64,000 nt of DNA from Alphaproteobacteria bacterium. GTDB lineage: Bacteria > Pseudomonadota > Alphaproteobacteria > UBA2966. The stretch lies in the NCBI GenBank assembly GCA_964291395.2, contig OZ219856.1:768001-832000 (forward strand), given 5' to 3'. Each line of letters starts with the position of its first letter. Position 1 is the first letter of the stretch. Below the pieces are notes generated by a model, which saw nothing but the letters and a program-made list of their open reading frames with translations, made no database searches and was not told where the DNA came from. Below, piece after piece: positions 41,443-51,168 of this stretch. Made by a program: the position numbers and the translations under genes.

Positions 41443-42857
41443 AGCGTTCGCTCCTGCCTTACCAGAAGCGCTGGGTGGACGACCGGGCGCAGCTCAAGGT
41501 GATCGAGAAGAGCCGGCGCATCGGCCTCTCCTGGTGCGAAGCCTTCGATGCCGTCATGCACGCGGCGGAGGACGCCGGCGACGTCTACTACCAGTCGTTC
41601 GACCAGGAGATGACGCGCGGCTTCATCGACGACTGCGCCGACTGGGCGGAGGACCTCAACGTCGTCGCCTCGGCGGTGGGCGAGACCCTGATCGCCGACG
41701 GCGACAGGCAGGTCCGGGCGTTCCGCATCGTCTTCGACAACGGCCGCGAGATCGTCGCGATGACCTCGGCGCCGCGCGCCTTCCGCTCCAAGGGCCGCCC
41801 GGGCGATCTCGGCATCGTCGACGAGGCGGCCTTCGTCGACGACCTCGAGGAGGTGCTGAAGGCGGCGCTGGCGTTCCTGGTCTGGGGCGGGCGCATCCAT
41901 GTCCTGTCCACGCACAACGGCGAGGGCAACCCCTTCAACGGGCTGTGCGGGGACATCCGCTCGGGCAGGCAGCCGGGCTCGCTGCACACGGTCACCTTCG
42001 ACGGCGCCTTGGCCGACGGCCTCGCGGCCCGGGTTCTCGAGGTGCGGGGCCGCCCTCCCTCCCGCGAGGCGATGGAGGAATGGGCGCGCGGCATCCGGCG
42101 CGTCTACCGCCGCAACGCGGCCGAGGAGCTCGACTGCGTCCCCGCCGCCGGCTCGGGAACCTTCCTCACCTGGGACATGATCCGGCAGTGCCGGCACGCC
42201 GACGCCGGGAAGCCGGAGCTCTATGAGGGCGGGTTTTCCTATCTCGGGATCGACGTCGCGCGCCGCAGGCACCTCTGGGTGGCGACCGCCTTCGAGATGG
42301 TCGGGGACGTGCTTTGGGCGCGGGAAATGGAGATCCTGCGGGACAGGCGGTTTTCGGAGCAGCGGGCGGTGGTCCGCCGGATGGTGCGCCGGTTCAGGTG
42401 CATCCGTATCGGCATCGACCAGACCGGCATGGGCGAGGGTCTGTTCGAGCAGCTCCAGGACGATCACGGAACGCAACGGGTCGAAGGGTTCCTGCTGACC
42501 GGCCCGACCAGGCTGGCGCTCGCGACCTCGCTGCTCACCCGTTTCGAGGACGGCCGCATCCGCATTCCCGACGACGAGGACACCGAGGCGGACCTGCGGT
42601 CGGTCAGGCGCGAGGGCGCCGCCGCCGGCCCGCCGCGCCTGGTCTCCGACGAGAGCGGGACGGACGGCCACGCCGACCGCTTCTGGTCGTTCGCGATCGC
42701 CTGCCACGTTTCCGAGGCGGGCCCGGCCGAATTCGACTATGTAGCGGCGCCTCCGCGCCGCGGCGCCCGCGTCGACGACGGCCCGGCGCCGGGCCGGGGC
42801 TGGCTCCGCCCCGACCACGGCGGCGACTTCCGGCGCCCGGCGAGGGGAGGCTGGTGA
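41439..42857 (+). CDS. Mu gp28-like large terminase
   Basis: LLPYQ, KSRRIGLS, VDEAAF, STHNG, GIDVAR, DQTGMG, GHAD. Confidence 0.94.
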   Translation: MKRSLLPYQKRWVDDRAQLKVIEKSRRIGLSWCEAFDAVMHAAEDAGDVYYQSFDQEMTRGFIDDCADWAEDLNVVASAVGETLIADGDRQVRAFRIVFDNGREIVAMTSAPRAFRSKGRPGDLGIVDEAAFVDDLEEVLKAALAFLVWGGRIHVLSTHNGEGNPFNGLCGDIRSGRQPGSLHTVTFDGALADGLAARVLEVRGRPPSREAMEEWARGIRRVYRRNAAEELDCVPAAGSGTFLTWDMIRQCRHADAGKPELYEGGFSYLGIDVARRRHLWVATAFEMVGDVLWAREMEILRDRRFSEQRAVVRRMVRRFRCIRIGIDQTGMGEGLFEQLQDDHGTQRVEGFLLTGPTRLALATSLLTRFEDGRIRIPDDEDTEADLRSVRREGAAAGPPRLVSDESGTDGHADRFWSFAIACHVSEAGPAEFDYVAAPPRRGARVDDGPAPGRGWLRPDHGGDFRRPARGGW

Positions 42858-44116
42858 TGGCGATCCTCGACCGGTACGGGAATCCGGTCCGCGCGTCCGA
42901 TCTCGGGCGCGAGCTCGCCGGGCCGACCGTCTCGGGCGTGCGCTCGATCCTCTCGGAGCATCCGGCCCAGGGCCTCACGCCCGGGCGCCTCGGGGCGCTG
43001 CTGCGCGAGGCCGAGCAGGGCGATTCGCGAAGCTATCTCGAGCTCGCCGAGGAGATGGAGGAGAAGAACCTCCACTATCTCGCCGTGCTCGGCACCCGCA
43101 AGCGCCAGGTCGCGCAGCTCGACGTGCGCGTGGTGCCGGCGGACGACGGCGCCGAGGCCGCGCGCGACGCCGATCTCGTGCGCGACTGGCTCGCCTCCGA
43201 GCCCCTCGAGGACGAGCTGATCGACGTCCTCGACGCGCTGGGCAAGGGCTATTCGGTGACCGAGATCATGTGGGAGTTCTCCGAGCGCCGGTGGTGGCCC
43301 GTGCGCCTCGAGCACCGCGACCCGCGCTGGTTCGCGTTCGATCGCGCGGACGGGCGCACCCTGCGCCTGCGCGGCCTCGACGGCCGGGAGCGGCCGCTCG
43401 CCCCGTTCAAGTTCGTGGTGCACCGCTTCCAGGCCAAGTCCGGCCTGCCCATCCGCGCCGGATTCGCCCGCATGGTCGCCTGGTGGTACCTGTTCGCCAA
43501 CTACGCGGTGAAGGACTGGGTCCAGTTCATCGAGACCTACGGCCAGCCGACGCGGATCGGCAAGTACCCGCCCAACGCCAGCCCCGAGGACCGGGACGTC
43601 CTGCTGCGGGCGCTCACCAATCTCGGGGCCGACGCCGCGGCGATGATCCCCGAGTCCATGATGATCGAGCTCGTCGAGACCAGGCAGAGCGGCGGCGGCC
43701 GGTCGTCGGCCCACGGCGCGCTGCTCGCCTACGTCGACGCCCTGATCTCCAAGGCGGTGCTCGGCCAGACGCTCACGACGGAGGCCGGCGAGCGCGGCGC
43801 CCGGTCGCTGGGCGAGGTGCACGACGAGGTGCGGCGCGACATCGAGCGCTCCGACGCCCTCGCCCTCGGCCAGACGCTGACCCGCGACGTCGCGCGCCCC
43901 CTCGTGGCGCTCAACCACGGCGAGCGCAGACGCTATCCGCGGATCGCGGTCGGCCGCGAGGAGACCCTCGACGTCGCCCGGGTCTCCGAGGCGCTGGCGA
44001 AGCTGGTGCCGCTGGGCCTGCGCGTGGCCGAGGCGGACGTGCGCGACATGCTCGGTTTCGCGGCGCCGGAGGACGGCGACGAGCTCCTCGGCACGAGCCC
44101 GCCGCCGGGCGGTTGA
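42857..44116 (+). CDS. Mu gp29-like portal (DUF935), 419 aa, possibly C-terminally shortened
   Basis: HPAQGLTP, EEMEEK, YGQPTRIGKY, SKAVLGQTLT; ends abruptly before AT-rich hipBA promoter; no gpF/gpG follow. Confidence 0.9.
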   Translation: MAILDRYGNPVRASDLGRELAGPTVSGVRSILSEHPAQGLTPGRLGALLREAEQGDSRSYLELAEEMEEKNLHYLAVLGTRKRQVAQLDVRVVPADDGAEAARDADLVRDWLASEPLEDELIDVLDALGKGYSVTEIMWEFSERRWWPVRLEHRDPRWFAFDRADGRTLRLRGLDGRERPLAPFKFVVHRFQAKSGLPIRAGFARMVAWWYLFANYAVKDWVQFIETYGQPTRIGKYPPNASPEDRDVLLRALTNLGADAAAMIPESMMIELVETRQSGGGRSSAHGALLAYVDALISKAVLGQTLTTEAGERGARSLGEVHDEVRRDIERSDALALGQTLTRDVARPLVALNHGERRRYPRIAVGREETLDVARVSEALAKLVPLGLRVAEADVRDMLGFAAPEDGDELLGTSPPPGG

Positions 44117-44187
44117 TCTACTTAACTATATCACATTATGTATATGATCTGATTTAACATATCAAACCTCGACATCCTCTTTTCGAT

Positions 44188-44240
44188 TCGATATATTTTC
44201 CTATATTATATTCTCAATATGATATAGGACAATATATCGA
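44188..44240. promoter_or_regulatory. hipBA operator: 25-bp-arm AT-rich inverted repeat
   Basis: TCGATATATTTTCCTATATTATATT-ctc-AATATGATATAGGACAATATATCGA, 2 mismatches. Confidence 0.75.
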
Positions 44241-44241
44241 C

Positions 44242-44541
44242 ATGACCTATGCCACCGAGCATGTCGCCCGCACGCTCAGAAACGCCCGCGAAGCCCGGGG
44301 GCTGAGCCAGCGCGCGCTCGGCGCTAGGGCCGGCATACCCCAAAGCCATATCTCCAAGATCGAGAACGGTGCGGTCGATCTCCGGGTCTCGAGCCTCGTC
44401 GAGCTCGCCCGCGTCCTGGATCTGGACCTTGTGCTCGTGCCCCGCAAGGCCGTCTCCGCCGTGCACGCGATAGTCCGGCGGCGCGACGAAAGCGAGACGG
44501 CGCGGCCCGCCTACAGCCTGGACGACGACGACCATGGCTGA
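44242..44541 (+). CDS. hipB: HipB-like XRE antitoxin
   Basis: GLSQRALG...QSHISKIENG; overlaps hipA. Confidence 0.85.
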   Translation: MTYATEHVARTLRNAREARGLSQRALGARAGIPQSHISKIENGAVDLRVSSLVELARVLDLDLVLVPRKAVSAVHAIVRRRDESETARPAYSLDDDDHG

Positions 44542-45754
44542 CGTTCGCGTCCTCGACGTCCTGCTTCACGGCGCCCCCGTCGGCACGCTGACGCACGCGC
44601 CGGGGGACCGCACGCTGTTCGCGTTCGCCGAGGACTACGTGGCGGACGAACGCCGGCCCGTCCTCGGGCTCTCCTTCAAGGACCGGCTCGGGGAGCCGAT
44701 CACCGACTTCGGGCCGACGCGGACCAGGCTGCTGCCGTTCTTCTCGAACCTGCTGCCGGAAGGGCGCATGCGCGGCTATCTGGCCGCGCGCGCCGGCGTG
44801 AGCAAGGTGCGCGAGTTCTTCCTGCTGTGGGCGTTGGGCAGCGACCTGCCGGGAGCCGTCACCGTCGCGCCGGCCTCCGGCGAGGCCTGGCCGCCCGATG
44901 TCGACGATCGCGATGAGCCGGATCGTCACGGGCGCGGGAATGCGCTGCGCTTTTCGCTGGCCGGCGTCCAGTTGAAGTTTTCCGCGGTCGAAGCGGCGAG
45001 GGGCGGGCTGACGATCCCGGTCCGCGGCGTGGGCGGATCGTGGATCGTCAAGCTGCCCTCGCGCGAATTCGAGGGCGTGCCCGAAAACGAATTCGCCATG
45101 ATGACGCTTGCCCGGCTGATCGGCATGGACGTGCCGGCGCTCCGACTCGTCGATCTGGACTCGATAGGGAACCTGCCCGAAGGAATCGGTGCGCTGAACG
45201 GACGGGCCCTCGCCATACGGCGCTTCGACCGGCTTGAGGACGGCGCTCTCGTGCACATCGAGGACTTCGCCCAGGTCTTCGGAGTCTATCCCGAGAACAA
45301 GTACGAGAAGGCCGGCGCGCGCAGCATCGCCGGCGTCATCGGCGCCGAGGGAAGCGATGTCGACATCGTCGAATTCATTCGCCGGCTCACCTTCAACGCC
45401 CTGATCGGCAATGCCGACATGCACCTCAAGAACTGGTCTCTGATCTATCCCGACGGGCGCCGCGCGGCGCTCGCGCCCGCCTATGACTTCGTCTCCACGA
45501 TTCCCTATGTCCCGGACGACGAGGCGGCGCTCAATTTCAGCCGAACCAGGCGCTTCGATCGGTTCTCCGAGGACGAGCTTTCTCATCTCGCCGCCAAGGC
45601 GCGCCTGCCGACCAGGCTCGTCCTCGACACCGCCCGCGAGACGGTGGCGCTCTTCCGCCAGCACTGGAACTCCGAGAAGGCGCACCTGCCGCTCGTCGCC
45701 GCGGTCGTCGATGCCGTCGAGAGACACCTGGAGACCGTGCCGATCGCCGGGTAG
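44534..45754 (+). CDS. hipA: HipA kinase toxin
   Basis: PFFSNLLPEG, SLAGVQLK, EDFAQ, GNADMHLKN, LAPAYD. Confidence 0.94.
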   Translation: MADVRVLDVLLHGAPVGTLTHAPGDRTLFAFAEDYVADERRPVLGLSFKDRLGEPITDFGPTRTRLLPFFSNLLPEGRMRGYLAARAGVSKVREFFLLWALGSDLPGAVTVAPASGEAWPPDVDDRDEPDRHGRGNALRFSLAGVQLKFSAVEAARGGLTIPVRGVGGSWIVKLPSREFEGVPENEFAMMTLARLIGMDVPALRLVDLDSIGNLPEGIGALNGRALAIRRFDRLEDGALVHIEDFAQVFGVYPENKYEKAGARSIAGVIGAEGSDVDIVEFIRRLTFNALIGNADMHLKNWSLIYPDGRRAALAPAYDFVSTIPYVPDDEAALNFSRTRRFDRFSEDELSHLAAKARLPTRLVLDTARETVALFRQHWNSEKAHLPLVAAVVDAVERHLETVPIAG

Positions 45755-45795
45755 GGCGCCTTCACCGGGCCGCCGCCGGGCGCTAGTCTTGCGCC

Positions 45796-46488
45796 ATGTG
45801 CGGGCGGTTCACCCAGCGCTACGCCTGGTCCGAGGTCCTGGCCGCGTTCGACCTGAGCGGCCCGGCCGCGAACCTGCGGCCGCGCTACAACGTGGCGCCG
45901 AGCCAGGACGTGGCGGCGGTGCGCCGCCACGCGGACGGCCGCCGCCTCTCGCCGCTCCGCTGGGGCCTGATCCCCTCCTGGGCCAGGGAGCCGTTCCCCG
46001 GCCGCGGGCTGATCAACGCCCGGGCCGAGACGGCGCATGCCAAGCCGGCGTTCCGCGCCGCCTGGCGGGCCCGGCGCTGCCTGATCCCGGCCGACGGCTT
46101 CTACGAGTGGACGCGCCGCGGCGGGGAGAAGCGGCCGTGGCTGATCGAGCCCGCGGACGGCGTGCCGTTCGCCTTCGCCGGGTTGTGGGAGCGCTGGACG
46201 GTGCCCCGGGGCGTCGCGCTGACGGGATCGCTGGCCCGGTTCGGGCCGGGCGACGTCGTCGAGACCTGCACCGTGCTCACCACCGCCGCCAACGAGGTCG
46301 TGGCGCCGATCCACGACCGCATGCCGGTGATCCTGGACCGGCAGGCGTTCGATCCCTGGCTCGCTGGCGCGGCGGTGCCGCTGGGTCCGTGCCCGCCGCG
46401 GGGCATGATCGCCCGCCCGGTGAGCACCGCGGTCAACAGCCCGGCGAACGACGATCCCCGCTGCGTAGCGCCCTTGCCCGCCGCGTAG
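45796..46488 (+). CDS. SOS response-associated peptidase (SRAP)
   Basis: MCGRF, RYNVAP, NARAET, DGFYEW, HDRMPVIL. Confidence 0.94.
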   Translation: MCGRFTQRYAWSEVLAAFDLSGPAANLRPRYNVAPSQDVAAVRRHADGRRLSPLRWGLIPSWAREPFPGRGLINARAETAHAKPAFRAAWRARRCLIPADGFYEWTRRGGEKRPWLIEPADGVPFAFAGLWERWTVPRGVALTGSLARFGPGDVVETCTVLTTAANEVVAPIHDRMPVILDRQAFDPWLAGAAVPLGPCPPRGMIARPVSTAVNSPANDDPRCVAPLPAA

Positions 46489-46550
46489 GGACAAGGGGCG
46501 GTCGCGGGCGGGCGCGCAGGCGTCGCGTGTGCCGGCGTCCGCCTTGTCTT

Positions 46551-46571
46551 GGTTATCAGGAAGTGATAACC
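46551..46571. promoter_or_regulatory. TA operator GGTTATCA-N5-TGATAACC
   Basis: Perfect inverted repeat just before the toxin remnant. Confidence 0.65.
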
Positions 46572-46583
46572 TAATGATACTTT

Positions 46584-46688
46584 ATGTCGATGAAGGCGCC
46601 TGATCGCGACCCCGGTCTCGACACGTTGCTGGAGGATTTCTGGAACGCGGTGGATGCGGTACTGAAAGAAAGGGGATCGATCCCATGA
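46584..46688 (+). pseudogene. DUF6516/TumE-like toxin with large internal deletion
   Basis: 34 aa: N-terminus DRDPGLDTLL fused to C-terminus EDFWNAVDAVLKERG; ATGA overlap with antitoxin. Confidence 0.65.
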
Positions 46689-47062
46689 GGACGCTGAAGA
46701 TCGGCATTGCCGGGTACGACGGGATGAAGGCGCGCACGATGGCGATCGCCCGCGGGGAACGCAGGCCCGCCGAGGGCGAGCCGACGGTCTGGTTCACCTC
46801 CATCGAGAGCTTCGCCAAGGTGCTTTCCGGGCGCAACCGCGAGTTGCTCGCGCTGATTGCCCGGGAGAAACCGGACTCGCTTACCGAGCTCGCGGAGCTC
46901 GCGGGACGCAACAAGTCGAATCTCTCGCGGACGCTCAAGACGATGTCGCGCTACGGTCTCGTGGAATTGACGGCGGGAGAGCGCGGCACGGTGATCCCGC
47001 GGGTTCCCTACGACCGGGTGAGCCTGGACGTTTCGTTGAGGTCGCGGCCGCAGGCGGCGTGA
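46685..47062 (+). CDS. HTH antitoxin (HVO_A0114/TumA-like)
   Basis: PTVWFTSIESFAKVLS..NRELL...SNLSRTLKTM. Confidence 0.85.
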   Translation: MRTLKIGIAGYDGMKARTMAIARGERRPAEGEPTVWFTSIESFAKVLSGRNRELLALIAREKPDSLTELAELAGRNKSNLSRTLKTMSRYGLVELTAGERGTVIPRVPYDRVSLDVSLRSRPQAA

Positions 47063-47127
47063 ACGTCACCGGGACGATCGGCGACACGCCCGCTGGTCGC
47101 CCCGCTGGGCGGAAGCGCCGGTTCGTC
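47055..47127 (+). repeat. 73-bp direct repeat, copy 1
   Basis: Identical to 52255-52327. Confidence 0.92.
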
Positions 47128-47234
47128 AGCCTCGGCCCGGATGTTCATGTCGATCAATATCTTGATGCCCCCCTCGGTCACGACGAGAGTCATGTCGCCG
47201 TTGCCGACGGGGAAGAACGAGAGAGATGCAGTCA
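47120..47234 (-). pseudogene. MBL/ComEC-like metallohydrolase N-terminal remnant
   Basis: TASLSFFPVGNGDMTLV...ILIDMNIR, cut off at the 73-bp repeat. Confidence 0.6.
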
Positions 47235-47365
47235 CGGCTTCGACCTCCAACACAAAGCACAGGTTCGCCCCACCACATGGGAACGCCCCCAACCCGTTTC
47301 AAGCCCTGTATTTGACAATTCTTGGAAATATATGGAAAATGTCAACTCGGGCGAGGGAGGAGAAA

Positions 47366-48473
47366 ATGTCTATAGGCCAGAGGATTAGAGTATCACGCCG
47401 TGCGGTGGGCCTGTCTCTTCGTGATCTTGAAGACAGAATCGACAACCGCGTCACGGCACAGGCGATCAAGTACGAGCGCGACGAGTCCATGCCGAGCTCT
47501 GGCGTTCTCATCGTGCTCGCGAACGCTCTCGGCGTGTCTGTCGATTACCTGGCCAGCGACAGCGAGATCTCCCTGGAAGCCGTCGACTTCCGGAGAAAGC
47601 GGCTGACGAGCAAACGGGAAGAGGCCCAGGTCGAGGCTAGGGTCCTCGATCTGCTGGAACGCTATCTCTCGGTTGAAGAGATTCTCGGCCTGCCCACCGT
47701 CGCCCGGGACATGCCCAGATGTCCCGACCGGAAAAGAGCTCGGCGCGACGCCCCCTGGCCCGTGCTCCACGACGTGGCGGAGGCGGAACAGGCAGCGCTC
47801 GGCCTCCGCGGCCACTGGGGACTCGGCCTCGATCCGATCCCGAATCTCGTCGAGCTTCTCGAGGAACGCGGCATCAAGGTCCTTTCGATGCCTCTTGCCA
47901 ACATCGACGGTCTCACGGCCGGCGTGCGCCGCGAAGACCGGAGCATCGCATCGGTGATCGTCGTCAATCGACGGGGCTGGGGAGAACGCCAGCGATTCAC
48001 GGTCGCTCATGAACTCGGCCACATGGTGCTGGACATTGCACCGAAAGTCGATGACGAGAAGGCCGCTCACCGCTTTGCTGGCGCCTTCCTCATGCCAGCT
48101 GAGATCCTGCGCGCCGAGATCGGCAAGCATCGCCAATCCATTGGCTGGAGTGAACTGTTCGACCTCAAGCGGATCTTCGGAGTCAGCGTGCAGGCCCTCA
48201 CCTATCGCTGCAAGGACCTGGGAATCTTCGGCAATCCACCGGCAGCTTTTCAACGAGTTTAGCCATAGGGGTTGGCGCAAACCGCCCTATAGGGAGCCGG
48301 GGGCAATGGACGGCGAAGAGCCCAGGCGTTTCGAGCGCCTCTGCTTCCGTGCCCTGGCGGAAGGGGTCATCTCCGAATCCAGGGCCGCCGAGCTCCTCGG
48401 ACACTCGGTCCACGAACTCATCCGGCTAATGGACGAACCGCCCGGCGTCGAAGCCGCCTCCGTCGGCACCTGA
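47366..48473 (+). pseudogene. XRE-HTH + ImmA/IrrE metallopeptidase, frameshifted near 48240
   Basis: HTH, RQRFTVAHELGH, AHRFAGAFLMP; C-terminus RFERLCFRALAEGVISESRAAELL in another frame. Confidence 0.8.
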
Positions 48474-48484
48474 ATTGCACGCCG

Positions 48485-48994
48485 GTGCTCGTCTCCGACA
48501 CCTCCGTATTGATCGACCTTGAACGCGGTGCATTCCTGCGACCCGTCTTTCGCCTGCCGTATGAGTTCGCCGTGCCCGACTTGCTCTACGAACGCGAACT
48601 CAGGGATCACGGCGGGCCTGCACTGATCGACATGGGCCTCCGCGTCGAGGAACTGGACGGCACTGCGGTCACCCTCGCTCTTGAGTACCGCCGCGCACGT
48701 CGTAGCCTTTCTCTTCCTGACAGCTTCGCGCTCGCGCTATCCAAGACGAACTCATGGACGCTGCTCTCAGGCGACGGCACCCTGCGCGCCTTGGCACTCC
48801 AGAGGCAGTTCAATGCCACGGCGTCCTTTGGCTGCTCGATCGCCTGCATGAGCAGGGGATACTCAGCCGCACACCTTGACCGCTGGACTCCGGCAAATCG
48901 CCGAACATCCTCGTTGCCGGCTGCCTCACGCGGAAATCCGCGCCAGGCTCCGTGCATTTGCCAAATTGTGAGAGCGCCGATTTGCAATCGCTAG
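48485..48994 (+). pseudogene. PIN-domain partner of IrrE gene, frameshifted
   Basis: LVSDTSVLIDL, LSLPDSFALAL, LLSGD; HGVLWLLD...HPRCRLP continue out of frame. Confidence 0.7.
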
Positions 48995-49488
48995 CAATTG
49001 CCAATTCACACCTACAGCGTGTTTTGTTGCGCACTCTTCCTGTGGCTTCGAATGCAGGTATACGTCCCGCTGACCGGCTCCCACTGAGTGGTCCAGTTTC
49101 AATGTTAGTTGAGCTCGGTCGGTGAGGCCATGGTTGGGGTGGCCGGCCGAGCGCTCTCAAGCGCCGGCGAGGCCGGCCACGATCACGACGCCCGAGAGCG
49201 CCAGAATGTTCCGCCGATATCGCTGCGCGACGTCGTCTTCCTTCAGGATCTCCCATGGACCGTTGCGCTTGAGCCCCGGTGGCCAGCTCGACAAGCCCAA
49301 CGTGAGATTCAGCTGATAGAGAACCCTCACCCCGCCTCCCAAAAGAAGTTGACAATGTCCTTTATGCAAACACGCGGCCGCCAGACGGGGGAAGTTTGCG
49401 AAAACCCCGTCCGGCGGCCTGGACGCCCTCAGGCCCATCCTGACAACCTTCGGGCGCCTATCTGATCCCTTGCTGCTCACGTGGGACG

Positions 49489-49707
49489 TCAGCGAGGGTA
49501 ATCGTCGTGTCCGCTCCGCGCACTGTAGAAGACCAGGAACATCAGCCCGACGCCGACCACGAGACTTAAGACCACGCCGAGAATGAGGGCGGACGTGCCG
49601 TGAAACCCCAATTCCACATCACGGAGCTCCCACCAGATAAGCCCCGACGCGGCCACAACGACAGCCAGCAAACCAAGGAGGCTGACAACGAGGACGGTGG
49701 TTCTCAC
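49489..49707 (-). CDS. Small two-TM protein
   Basis: GVGLMFLVFYSARSGHDD. Confidence 0.7.
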   Translation of the reverse strand: MRTTVLVVSLLGLLAVVVAASGLIWWELRDVELGFHGTSALILGVVLSLVVGVGLMFLVFYSARSGHDDYPR

Positions 49708-49840
49708 TGCGCGGCCACCTGCCGCTTTTGGCCCGCTTCCGTCGGATCGCCGTCGCGATGCGCAACATGGCCCGGTCCATCTTGCGCGGTCGCCCGCCAG
49801 CCCGGCCCCGGGCCCGGGCGGCAGCGAGGCCGGCGCGGGC

Positions 49841-50578
49841 TCACTCGGCGATCGCGCAGCGGTCCGCCGTGACGCGGACGAAGCCGCGGCTAGCGCCGTT
49901 CACGACGCTGAAGCGGTATTCCCAATCACCCGAGACGACCGCGTGGTGCAAGGGCAGCGGCCCGGCCGTTTCGCTCCGACGGCCGTTGAGGGCGATCACC
50001 CGCAGGGTTATCGGCTTCGAGGGATCGAACCATGCTTCCCGATTGCCGGCGGCGTCGGTCGCGGATTCGCCCGCCGCCGTCACCGTGAGCGTGTTGGCAG
50101 CGAAGGTCACGGCGTCGTTGGGACCCGCATAAAGGGGCGTGCGCACGAGAAACCGCTTGGTGCGGGGGTCGTTGTCGCAGACCGGTGGACGCGCACCCGC
50201 GCTGATGAACAATTCGAGCCGTTCGGGGTTGGCGCCAGCGGCGAGATGCGCCTGGATAAGAGCCAGCAGGTCCTTGGCCTTTCCGGTCGGAACCTCCTGG
50301 CTGTGACGGTCGCGCCACTCCCGTTCGCGTGCCTGCGAGGCCTTCGCCAGTGCCTCCAAGCGTTTGTTGCTCTGGGTCAGCAGCGTGATCTGTTCGCTCA
50401 GCTCCGTGTTGGCGTTTTGAAGGCGCGAGACGTCTTGGCGCGCGAGCTCGCTCCCGCTGCGATAGGCGATCACGCCAAGGCCGAACAGCACCACGGCGAT
50501 CAGAACGACGCGGAAGAAGCGCCTTCGCCAAGACGTACGCCGGGCACCACCTCTGCTCTCGCCAAGCCCCAAGGACAT
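49841..50578 (-). CDS. Membrane-anchored coiled-coil hypothetical protein
   Basis: 245 aa, TM then coiled coil, EAWFDP, TADRC. Confidence 0.7.
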   Translation of the reverse strand: MSLGLGESRGGARRTSWRRRFFRVVLIAVVLFGLGVIAYRSGSELARQDVSRLQNANTELSEQITLLTQSNKRLEALAKASQAREREWRDRHSQEVPTGKAKDLLALIQAHLAAGANPERLELFISAGARPPVCDNDPRTKRFLVRTPLYAGPNDAVTFAANTLTVTAAGESATDAAGNREAWFDPSKPITLRVIALNGRRSETAGPLPLHHAVVSGDWEYRFSVVNGASRGFVRVTADRCAIAE

Positions 50579-50656
50579 CTCAAATCCGAAACTTCACGAC
50601 GGACAGGTTGCGATACGCGCCGCTATCATGCCGCATAACGCGGTGCGCCACCATTC

Positions 50657-50807
50657 GTCCGTGGCCAGGGCACGACACTCCGGCCGCAGCGACGAACGAA
50701 CGCCGCCGAGGCGATCTCACCAAGGACGGTAAATCGAAAGCCAGCCGGCCTTCTTGACCGCGGTGGAGGTTCAAACGGAGTGTGGTTCCGGTCCTGGCCT
50801 CCACCGC
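50657..50807 (+). ncRNA. ssrS: Probable 6S RNA
   Basis: ~150-nt rod: GGCCAGG/CCTGGCC and ACACTCCG/CGGAGTGT closing stem, central bubble, apical stem, TTGACC..GGTTCAA hairpin on 3' side. Confidence 0.6.
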
Positions 50808-50817
50808 TTTCTTAAAT

Positions 50818-51168
50818 TCATGATTTAGCTACCTTTTTTTCAAGGTGCGGGGCGTCCGGAACCAAGGTGCGGGGAATGCTGTTCTGGATTTGGTCCGCAA
50901 CGATCTCCGAAGTCTGCTTCCCGAGCCGCGCCCGGTCGGCACCCTTCGTATAGACCTCGGCTTGCGCGATCTTGCTCCAGCCGTATTGAGCCATGAGCTG
51001 ATGAGCCGCCGCGCCGCCGCGCCGCCTTCGGCCGCGAGTGTCGCGGACAACTTGCGGAGACCGTGCGCGCTCTTCTCGATACCAGCCTCGCGGCACCGGT
51101 CACGGAACCAGTTGCCGAAACTATCGACCGCGAACGGGCGTCCATGCTCGTTGACAACGAAGTGCATG
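50818..51168 (-). pseudogene. Tyrosine integrase C-terminal remnant
   Basis: FGNWFRDRC...SAHGLRK...YGW...AEVYT; frameshift from an 8-bp GCCGCCGC duplication. Confidence 0.8.

Noticed and set aside
15866-44119. GGGCGG(C)TTGATC at both presumed inversion breakpoints
   Set aside because: Only about 12 bp, in direct orientation, and plausible by chance.
47055-47127. Canonical integron attC
   Set aside because: Ends do not match RYYYAAC/GTTRRRY and no IntI is seen; kept only as an unexplained repeat.
49083-49112. Possible solitary IS end (AGTGGTCCAGTTTCAATGTTAG)
   Set aside because: No partner inverted repeat or transposase found in the window.
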